Positions 13,553-25,500 of a DNA stretch of 64,000 nucleotides are shown here, piece by piece. Origin of the DNA: Balanoglossus misakiensis (lineage: Eukaryota > Animalia > Hemichordata); contig CM082590.2 of assembly GCA_040954595.2 (NCBI GenBank), positions 5,890,001 through 5,954,000 of the forward strand. The letters run 5' to 3'. Position 1 is the first letter of the stretch, and each line of letters begins with the position of its first letter. A program made the translations under genes and the position numbers. The notes below the pieces were generated by a model. That model saw nothing but the letters and a program-made list of their open reading frames with translations. It was not told the origin of the DNA and did not search any database.

Positions 13553-16500
13553 ATATTAAAATAGATAACTCACTCTTTCATGAAGTCAACAAAGGAGTCC
13601 TTGTCTCTTTTCATCATGTAATCAAATTCAAACTGCCCATTTCTGAGGGGGAAAAAAACATCAAAACATCAACAAGCCTGCTTGACCCAATACAGGAAAA
13701 TTGGAATAACTTTAGAATTAATCTTTATACAGATAAATACTGCTTTTTAAAATATAACAATAAAATTGATAACTTACTTGAAATATTTAACTGTTTGTGT
13801 TCCATTTCAAAACAGGTCACAACATTCACCATTGTGTCAGTTCAAGAAAAATAAAAATCAGATAAATTTCAGATTATCAAATACCAATATCAGTAGAGAG
13901 AATCAGCGACGGTTTAAAGGGACAAAGTCTCTCTCTCGCTGCCCTTTTCCCATTAATTAGGTTCATACAAGACATGTATAATAACCAATCTGATTAAAAT
14001 CAGATGTAGGGAACGGCGACGTGGTTTTTTTATGCTGTCGCCTCACACTACATCTGTTCCCCACATCTGATTTTAATCAGATTGGTAGAATAACATAAAC
14101 GGTGTCTTGTATCAAACATGATTAATGGAAAAAAGGGTAGCGAGAGAGAGACTTTGTCACTTTAAACAGCATTGGCATATAACCTTTTGACCTTTGAACC
14201 TGACTAGGAAAGACAAATTTGAGAGGCATGAAAATGACGAGGAACATTCCTAAATAGAGTCAAATTTGTCCTTTCATTTTTGCATAAATTGAGCAAAATC
14301 AACGAAATATATTCCATGTTTGAAGACATTTGATCAACACATCATATAATTAATTATGAAAAGCTCGCACACTGAAATAATTCACTTGCAGATGTTTCTG
14401 AAAGTCAATCAGCCTCCGCGTTTTTTCCCTGCAGCTGATCATACATGTGTGAAAGATGGCATAAGGGACTGGTCAGTTCGTTCTGGCAGGGGGGGGGGAT
14501 TCTTTTTTTGTGGATATCAAAAGTGACTGACCCCCCAACCCCCCCCCCCCTCCTCGTTGAACATGGAAAAGTGGGTGACCCCTGGATACCCCGCCCCATC
14601 ATCCTCCCCCATGATTCCACCTACCCCCCCCCCCCCCCCCCCGGCAAAGAAAGTGACCAGTCCCTAAAACCAAAATGCACATTATTCACTCACATTTTGG
14701 GAATCCCTTGATGTCAAACCGACTCTGCAAGCCTGTCTCTACCGTGGCATCTACTACAGCGAAGGTTGCATCGACCTACAGTAGAAAAAAAAAATTCCCA
14801 TTAATACTCTTATACAGAGAATACAACATCTTGCGTAACACAAGTTCAGGGGCACCTAGTCTTTTGCGTGGGACATTTTCGTAAATTTGGACGGTTTTCT
14901 TGAGTTCGTTGGTAATATAATGGAAATAACCGACTCCGCCCTGACATTTGGCTCAAGAAAAGCCAAAAATTCATGGGCTCGGAAGCCACGCCCATGAATT
15001 TTTGGCTTTCCCCTCGCCCTTGCCCATGGTCAGGGCGTCGTCCATTATTTCTATATCGCATGCCACCTTTCCAAGTACGAGTCCAGCCTGTGTAAATGAC
15101 CACCTCTATATAGTGGCCATTTTGTCACAGTCCCTGTGCAATTTACACGTGAATTAATTGACCTATTTATAACGTCTATCAGAGTTCTCCCCAGAACAAT
15201 TAAAGAGAATAGACCAATACCCTTTAATTTTGTGAAAACAATAGAAAAACATTTAATAATAATTGATATTGTTATGTAAATCAGCCAATACTACGCGTCA
15301 GGAGATACACGGTACTAATTTTCCTCGTGCATACTCTGCGGTATTTTCGTAATAACCTAAAAAAATTCAGTTGTTAGTATAAGACGTGTGAAAATATTAA
15401 TCAAAATAACTATTAATTATTAAACATCTGGCACTGAGAACAATAGAATTTAGTGCGCACTAAAAAAGCCGTACAGAACGGTACGTACGGAACGCGTGTT
15501 AAATACGCCTTAAGTTTCAAGGCGCCCCAACTCACCGTGTACAGGTATGCGCTGTTATGCGGACGGTTTCAAGACACCCCCACTCCAACGCACGTCAACA
15601 AAAAAGAAAGATGGCTGCTCACTGAGTCAACTGAGCGGTTTTCGATCGATTGTATCGGCATTTTTGGGCGTTTTGAAAGCCAAGTAACATGCAACACAAG
15701 AACTAACGGAGATGTAAGATGTATAATAATAAGGTTATTACGAAAATACCACAAAGTATGCACTCGGACATTAGCGCAGCGCATCGCCCGACGCATAGCG
15801 GAGGGCGATACTCAGCTAATGTCCTCGTGCATACTTTGCAGTATTTTCGTAATAACCTCATAATACTTACCCCTTCATTTGCAAGTTCTGTTGCAGCTGC
15901 GATATAATCTGGTTTAGCCTTCTTACAATGTCCGCACCCTGCAAAGACATATCATAAAGAGTTCTCTTCTTTACTATCAATCACGTGATCTGGCCATGTG
16001 ACCCACGACGTTGTCATTTCCAGATGACGGGCAAGCAACATTTCAGCATCCAGTAAAAGTTTTTCCGAATATGTTTTTACTTTAGAACTACCAGACACGT
16101 AACATGTATCAGGTATGGTGCCTATCAGTCTCATGGCGTTTACATTGCAACATGCAGTCACAATCGGGCATCGATAAGGTGTTCATGTATACCTACCAGT
16201 AAGCTTATTTTGATGGACCAATCTAAGTTGAAAAATATAGTCATGAAAATAATGCGAAAACATGTAGTCACAATCGGGCATCGATAAGGTGTTCATGTAT
16301 ACCTATCAGTAAGCTTATTTTGATGGACCAATCTAAGTTGGAAAATATAGTCATGAAAATAATGCGAAAACATGTAGTCACAATCGGGCATCGATAAGGT
16401 GTTCATGTATACCTATCAGTAAGCTTATTTTGATGGACCAATCTAAGTTGGAAAATAAAATCATGAAAATGATGCAAAAAGTGGCAGCTCTAAAGGCTTT

Positions 16501-19500
16501 AAAGTGATCACACATAGTATTTTATTCCAGTGTTTGACTCTGTGACATTTCAGAAACGCTCCAATAGTTCCTGTGTGAACACCATACTGTAAAACACATT
16601 ATTTTCGCGAGCAATAAATTTTCGCGAAATACGCGAGAGCCAAAATAGCGTGAAAATAAAAAAGTCGTGTAAGATTTATTTGGAGATAACGATGCAGTGA
16701 ATGAAATAAGAGGACGTGAAAATTAATACTCGCGAAACAGTGGCCTCTCTCGATATTGCGAAAAATTTCAACTCGCGAAAATAAAGCGTTTTACAGAACT
16801 TTGTACTTACACGGCGCATAGAACATAACCAGAACGGACCAATGTTGTTGAATAAATTCTTGAAAGTTGCTGTCTGTCAAATGGTGTATATTCTCACTGC
16901 CTTCTAAATTTTCCCAGAAGTCTTCTGTTTCTTGTTTTGCGGGCGGTGAAGGGTTGGCATTCAATGGATTTGTCATAAACGCAACAAAGTCCTCTTGCTA
17001 GAAAAAATAACAGGACCATTTGAGGGACAAAGTCTCTCTCTCTAGGTAAGTGATAAATTGTTCATGTGGTGAAAGCCAACAGAGTATAAGTTTCAGTTAC
17101 CCAGACTCCTCTGCTTCCTCCGCTGTGCTTCAGAAGAGAGTCTGGGGAAATAGCAAAGAACGATTTGTAAAACAAAATGGCCGCTGACAGGATTTCCATC
17201 AGCCGCTGATTGGCTGATCTGTCAGTATGACCTGGGTCACTGCAACTTGACTATGCTAAAATGGCGATGCAACATGTAGTAAGTGAGTCTTGGCAATGTG
17301 TGAGTTGTTGTCTTGTCACATCAAGAGACCGGACTGGGTTTCCTCTGGGTTTTAGAAAATTGTAGTAAATTCACTATTCCAGATTTAAATTCATTAGTAA
17401 ATTTGAAAAAACATTTAGTAAATTTTATTTAGGTAGAATCATAAAATAAATACACTCATCATTTGCTTACCCAGTTTGACAGATCAGCCAATCAACGGCT
17501 AATCGATAGCCTGACAGTGGCCATTTTGTTTGACAAATTGTTCTATAGCATTTCCCCAAGACTCAGATGAAGCAGAAGAGTCTGGGTAACCGAGACTAGC
17601 GGAAGAATGGCGACTGATTGGCTGTTCCACTTACTGTTCTGCCTCCCATGTAAGCCTGAGGGTTTTTACCATAGTTGAAGTATTTGATGGTTGGATAACC
17701 GGAGACACCATAGTCGGTACACACACCCGATTCGGCTGTACAGTCTATAGCAGCGAAGGCCACCTACAAAGGAAGAACATGTCACCAAATTTGCATACCG
17801 TAACACACACTTTTCGTATAGAGGGCGCCCTTCTGCGACAACGCAAACACAGGGCCTGAAGTAAAAACTTCATCGTCTTGTATACTGTAAAACGGGTTAT
17901 TTTCGCGACAGGAAAATTTCACAATTTCAAAAGTGGCAACTGTTGCGCGAGGATTGTGTTTTAGTATTTGACTAAGTGCATCGTTATCTTAGAATCAACG
18001 TTCAACCACACACCTTCCATCCATGTAGACAATAGAGTGAAAAACACGCCAAAATGAATAATCGGTCTTTACCGTTTAATCATTTTAGCGGGATTTTTTC
18101 TCTCATATTTTACAACGGGATGGAAGTTGTGTATGGTTGAACGTTCAATCACTATATATCCACATGTAGAATACCATAAACATACCATTCACACTATTTT
18201 GGCTCTCGCGTATTTTGCGAAAATTAATTGCTCGCGAAAATAAAGTGTTTTACAGTAATTAATAGAAAAAGGGCAGAGAGAGAGGGACTTTGTCCCTTTA
18301 ATTTGTTTCCAAGTTTCCAGGCTTGGACAGACAAGTCTTACCTTGTTGTCGTCTTGGAATTGTTCTGCGGCAGCCGTGAATTCCGGCTTGGCTTTCTTGC
18401 AATGACCACACCCTGTGTGCAAACAAACAATAATAATATTATTGATTTCTTATATAGCACAATACATCTCAATGCAATGCTTATTCATTTTGCCGAGATT
18501 TTGACTCTCATATCCTAGAAAGGTTTCCTGAACAGACATGTTTTTTTCTTCAATTTACAACATTGATATATACATGCAAAACGGTGTGCGTATGTGTTTA
18601 TAGTGCAATGCAGGTACGTTTCCTTGTTGAAGTTTGCTCACTTAAAGGGACAAAGGCTCTTGATCGTTGCTCTTTTTCCATTAATTATGTTTGATACAAG
18701 ACACCGTTTATGTTATTCTACATGTGGATATATAGTGAATCAACGTTCAACCGCACACACCTTCCATCCCAATTGTAGACACGAGAGTGAAAAACTCGCC
18801 AAAATGAATAATCGGTGTTTACCATTTATTCATTTTGGCAGGATTTTTACTCTCATATCCTACAAACGGGATGGAAGTTGTGTGTGGTAGCTGACTGAAT
18901 TACGATGGGAGATCATAGAAAAACAAAAGTCTGAAATATTCTTAGTTGAAGCAGATACTTACATGGAGCATAAAACATTACAAGTGTGTGTTTCTTTTTC
19001 TTTAAGAAGGTTTTATAATTGTCGTCGGTCAGATGGTGAATTTGAGTCTCTTGTTCACTCCAAGCTGGTTCTGGTGGTGGAGGGGGTGGTGGTTCAGCTG
19101 GACTGCAAGGAAAGAACATCATTATTAACTAACGCTGCCAAGTCGTTTGAAACTGGTTTGATTTCCAGTGTGCCTAGAATCCTGGCTCCCAGGCCTGTTA
19201 GACTGCCAAGTGCGTGTTATTCAGTAGGGCCTATACAAGACCCTCAGACCAATACAGTGCAAACCAGTGCGATTTGGTACATTTTACAGGGGGCTCAGAC
19301 TGCCAAGTGTGTCTAAGTACGTATGGGAGCCATGTCAAGACAGTCAAAATACGTTTTAGAAGAAAAAGTGGCAAATGCGTATTTTAAGGGACTTGACACT
19401 CTAAACAGGTATGACACTCAGTAGCATTAGGGTTAAAGGAACTGAAGAAATTGTTCAGTTTGCAGAGGTGTCTGGTGTATAGAGGTTCAGGGTTCGGTTA

Positions 19501-22500
19501 ACACAGGTTTTACTGTACTTACTCTTTCATATGCTCCACAATATTGTCCTGCGTTCTACCATTAAAGTCCCATGCCAATTCACCATCTCTAGAAAATACA
19601 ATCAGCAAATATCACATAAATTATTGCATTTAGATTAAAGGGACAAAGTCTCTCTCTCGCTGCCCTTTTTCCATTAATCATGTTTGATACGAGACACCAT
19701 TTATGTCATTATACATGTGGATATATAGTGAATCAACATTTGGTCACACACAACTTCAATCACACTTGTAGACACGAGAGTGAAAAACTCACCAAAATGA
19801 ATAATCGGTCTTTACCGTTTATTCATTTTGGCGAGGTTTTTACTCTCATATCCTCCAAATGGGATGGAAGTTGTGTGTGGTTGAAAGTTGATACATTATT
19901 TATGCACATGTAGAATAACATAAACGGTGTCTTGTATCAAACATAATTGATGGAATAAAGGACAGCGATGGAGAGACTTCGTTCCTTAAATAATCAAATG
20001 ACCATTCAAATGGATATTAGTATTCAAATGCATAACACTTGACATTGCAAAACTGGCAGATTGGTGATGCTAGTTTTGTACAGTATAAATAATTAAATAA
20101 TTATCAAGTGAATATTCAAATTAATATTATTAATATATTCAAATAACTATTCAAATAAATTTCAAAAATATCAAAATGAATACTCAAATATATATTCAAA
20201 TAATCAAAAAACAGTATAAATAATCAAATAATAATCAAGTGAGTATTCTAATTAATATTCACATTATCATTCAAATAACTATTCATATAAATTTCAAAAA
20301 TATCTAATGAATATTCAAATATATATTCAAATGAATATTTACTAACTTGAAGTATTTGATAGTAGGATAACCCTTCACTTCAAATCTTTTGGCAATTTCT
20401 GTTTCTTTTGTGGCGTCCATAGCTGCTAATGTTCCTTCAATCTGAAATTAAAAAAATATATATAATTAATTAACAAGTCACGGCACGGCCGATAGGTTGA
20501 AATATTTTGACTAAAAAGGCCCAAAAGTATATTGAAACCTATATATTTCTACAAAAATTCTACAAAATTCCACTGGCTATAAAATTCTATAGATGTCTAT
20601 AGAATGTTTCTGGACAAAAGATTGGATGATACAGAATCCCTTACAAAAAAATGTTCTATGGAGTTCTAGGACATTCTACATGTTTCAATAGAATTCAGTT
20701 GTAAAGGGTTCAAAACTAAACAGCCAGGAATATTCTATGAACTTCTAGAAAAGTCTTGTTTGAACGATAACCAGATTGTGAAAATGGCATGCTTAAAGGG
20801 AAGGGGTCATCGCGCCGCGAGGGTGTCCCCCCTTGATGAGAATAAACCCTACTAGGATCTTCAGTTGCTGCCATGCCCAGTCTACGCTACGGTTGGCTGC
20901 TTTGTTCATTCTAAGAATGATCTAATTTGTTGTGGATGAATTGTAATGTTTATAAACAAACGCGGCGCGACGACCCCTTCACTTTAACATTTAAGAAGGT
21001 AGTCAGGTACACAATCCTGGACACCAGCTGATATTGGATCAAATTTGATCTAAACATCCACAGCTAACATACCTCTTCATCCAAGAGTTGACTTGCTGCA
21101 GCTTCATATTCAGGCTTCATTTTCTTGCAATGACCACACCCTGGGAAAATACACAAGACCAAAATCACTTAACCCTTTCACCACCATGGTTTTCAGCCGA
21201 CTTGTACCAGGTTCACACACAGAAAAATTTGAGACACTATTTGCCTATGGTAAACACAGAGCATGAATCGTTTGAGTCGCGTTGTGTCCACACACACAAA
21301 GTTTATGTATAGGCGCTGAGGCTTGGGCCCATAGACAATGGGTTGTGGAGAGGTGTTAATCCTTACACCAGCTCAGGTCTGGCCGGCAAAGTCGTCTCAC
21401 ATCTGAGACATTTCAGAACCACTATACACTGTATACACATGTTTTTTTAAGACGGTTTCTAATCTGAGACACTTCAGAACCATCTTAACGGGGTGTGTGT
21501 GTGACCCCCATATAGAAACAAGAATTCTGGCTGCCTTAAATAGGTTTTCACTTTGCGCTAGGGGGTCAAATCACATTGCATTCTGGTCGAAAAGTCGACA
21601 ACTCACTGTAGTAAGAGATAGAATAAATGATATGTTTACTGTATGTTATGACTTCCTTTGGTCAAACATGTCTGTCTTTGTACTTAACATATCAAACTCA
21701 TCAAACTTTTTTCACATTTGGTTACTTTTTCTGTTACAAAGTTTCAGAATGACCCAGTAACACTTTAGCTTATAAACTCCCATTTCTTAAACATGGCAAA
21801 AATCGGCCATCTTGAAATTGTGTCGACCATATGAGATTTTCATCACTCACTTAGGTAGCTTAAAACCTATTTAAGGTAGGGAGAATTGAGCCACCGAATT
21901 CACAATGGGTGTATTGATGACATGTTGTTTACCCCCCCGGCAGTCCCAAACCAGCGCCAACTCCGCCGCCGGAACCCCAATGGAGCGACACCCCCAGTGC
22001 CGTCAACCACTTGTCGTCAGAGACCTTTGACAGCTTCATAGGGAGAATGACAGTCGTGTACTTACACGGTGCGTAAAACATGACCATAACTGAATTGTGG
22101 GTTTGGATGTAATCATCAAATGTGTCGTCTTTCAGGAAAACCACGTCATTTTCGTCATCGGACCACTCCGCCTCCTTTTCTGGTTCTTTCGGTTCTTGTG
22201 GACTGTCAATCAATCAGGATGAGACATTAGTTTTGCATTGCAGGGTCAAACTAAAAAATCTCTACCTATCCTTCCAATGATTTTGTAGCCCCATTAGCTG
22301 TACCTTTTCGCCATCTTTTCGGTATTTTTGAAGCATGATGAAATGCCCAGTATAAAGGAACAGAGTCTCTCTCTCACAGCCCTTTTCCTATTAATTACGT
22401 TTGATACAAGACACTGTTTATGTTATTCTACATGTGGATATATAGTGAATTGATGTTCGACCACACACACCTCCCAGGACAAAGTCTCTCTCTCGCTGCC

Positions 22501-25500
22501 CTTTTTTCATTAATTATGTTTGATACAAGACACTGTTTATGTTATTCTACGTGTGGATATATAGTGAATCAACATTCGACCACACACACCTCCCAGGACA
22601 AAGTCTCTCTCTCGCTGCCCTTTTTTCATTAATTATGTTTGATACAAGACACTGTTTATGTTATTCTACGTGTGGATATATAGTGAATCAACATTCGACC
22701 ACACACACCTCCCAGGACAAAGTCTCTCTCTCGCTGCCCTTTTTTCATTAATTATGTTTGATACAAGACACCGTTTATGTTGATAAGTGGAGTACTGGGT
22801 ATATTACTATGTTGTTTGGAGTAGAACAAAAAAATTCATTTGATGCACAGAACGAAAATACTGAAAATAAAGCCAAAAGTTACAGCTAATGTCCCTTTAA
22901 GTCCACACTAGAATTCATTTGTCAACAATAACAATGTGTATTACACACATACAGGCTATGTTGATAAATGGTAGACTCGACATACTAGCATGTAATTTAG
23001 AGTAGAACAAGAAATTCTATTTGATACACAGAACAAAAATACTGAAATTAACACCAAATCTTTCCTTTAACCCTTTCACTGCCATGGTTCGGTCCAAATC
23101 CATTGTTTTCTGTGGGAGAGTTGGACCGCTATACAGGGAAATGGGGATGAAAGGGTTAACGTCCCTTTAAACTTCTGCGCTATACTTACTTTTTCATCCA
23201 GTTTATAATTCCATCTTTGTCTCTCTCTCCTCCATACAGATATCTCATTTTACCATTTCTATAACGAAACATACAATTCAATTAAAGTGGCAAAGTCTCT
23301 CTTGCTGTCTTTTTTCTGTTAATTACATTTGACACAAGACACCGTTTATGTTAATGTGCATGTGAATATGTAGTGAATGAACGTTCAACCACACACAAGT
23401 TCCACCCCGATTGTACAATATGAGAGTAAAAACTCGCCCAAAATGAATAAATGGTAAACACCGATGGGTAAATATTGACGCATAGGTCAAGGGAAACGCA
23501 TACCACTGACTATCCCCCTGGGATCAAAATCATCACTTGTGCACGCAAACTTTGTACTCAAAATGTAACAACCACTAGTGTGTGCGAACTTTGTACTCAA
23601 AATGTAACAACCACAAGTGCATGCGAACTTTGTACTCAAAATGTAACAACCTCCAGTGCGTGCAAACTTTGTACTCAAAATGTAGCTAATTTTGTTTAAC
23701 GAATATTGAACTAGACATGTGTACGACACAGGCTGAAAGGAGTTTGACGCATTTTTCTTATGAATGCATCAAAAAGACGCACTCAAATTTTTTTGACCAC
23801 GACCTCTGGGAACCACTGAGCTAGAGTGTGTGAAAAATACTTACTCAAAATAATAAAGAGTAGGAAACCCAGTAATATTGAATGCTTGTCTGCTTCCATA
23901 GTTTTCTGGTCGATCTACGTCCATTCCAGCTAGAACCTGTTCAAGTAGAGTCAGGAATTTCCTTGTTGAAGTTTGCACACTTAAAGGGACAAAGTCTTTC
24001 TCTCGCTGCCCTTTTCCCATTAATTATGATTGATACAAGACACTGTTTATGTTATGCTACATGTGGATATATAGTGAATCAACTTTCGACCACACACACT
24101 TTCCATCCCGCTTGTAGACAAGAGATTGAAAAAACTAGCAAAAATGAATAATCGGTCTCTCCCATTTATTCATTTTGGATGTGTTTTTATTCTCATATCA
24201 TACAAGCAGGATGGAAGGTGTGTGGTTGAATGTATCAAACATAATTAATGGAAAAGGGCAACAAGAGAGAGAGAGTGTCCTTTTAAACAAAAGTCAGCCA
24301 TTTTTGTTACCAATGCCTATGACCGACAGGCAACATGAATCACTTAGGTAATCGTGGTAACCAAGTTTATCGTACACTAGTAACCATGACAACTAATAAC
24401 CAATAAAAAGTCAAGATCGAAATCTGGAAAACTTACTGCGTCTCCTTTGAGTTCTGTTGCAGCAGCAGCGAAGTCTGGCTTCAATCTTTTACAATGACCA
24501 CACCCTGAAATAGGCGGATCAAATGTCAATCATGATCACCACACCCATCCACATTTAAATATATGTAAAATTAGGCCCAAACTCTACTTACATGGTGCAT
24601 AAAACATCACTAATAGTGGCTTTTTCTCTTTTTGTAATAATTTTCGGAGTTCCTGTCAAAGAAAAGAAAAGCATAAAAGTTGAAATACTACATTTTTTTA
24701 CAATAACAATGCTGACTATATACGTTGTGTTGATAAGCTGGATACTGGGCATTTCATCATGTTTCAGGGATTTAAACAATTTTTGAAGTACGCAAAGGAA
24801 GAAAATTAAACAGAATCTCTAATTGTCAACATCTTCATGTAGAAATCCTGTAAACAAATTTTTAGACATTAAAGGGACAAAGTCTCTCTCTCGCTGCCCT
24901 TTTTCCATTAACTGTTTGATACAAGACAACTTTATATTAATGTACATGTGTATATGTAGTGAATGAACGTTCAACCACACACACCTTCCAACCCGTTTGA
25001 AGGATATGAGAGTAAAAATCTAGCCCAAAATGAATAAACCGTAGAGACCAATAATTCATTTTGGCGAGTTTTTCACTCTTGTGTCTACAAGTGGGATGGA
25101 AGTTGTGTGTGGTCGAACGTTCATTCACTATATATCCACATGTAGAATAACATAAACGGTGTCTTGTATCAAACAAAATTAATGGAAAAGGTGGCAGCTA
25201 GAGAGACTGTCCCTTTAATCACATCACAATAGATATGAAGCTAACTTACATTATCTGTTGTTATGTGTTTCACATCTCCAGCTGTTGGGTCTTCGTCCCA
25301 GGGGGCGTCTCCTGTTGGATCTCTCATAAAATTCACCATTGACTGCAAAAAAGTATAACAATTAGGGGTTGTTACACAAAGTTTGGTTGATAACATGTCG
25401 TATTCGAGTGATGTGTCCCTATTTTGACGAGTTGCGGAAGCAAAGAGTCAAAATACGAACATCACTTTCGTGTCTACAAGTGGGATGGAAGTTGTGTGTG

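Noticed and set aside
13248-13854. ORFs of repeated CV, YIHT and HT residues
   Set aside because: Microsatellite translations.
18594-18890. Recurrent MFDTRHRLCYSTCGYIVNQRST peptides in many ORFs
   Set aside because: Translation of the MITE A arm; frames are broken differently in each copy and no transposase motif is present.
21929-22065. ORF extension beyond PDIA5 exon 11
   Set aside because: Read-through past a strong GTAAGT donor into the inverted exon copy.
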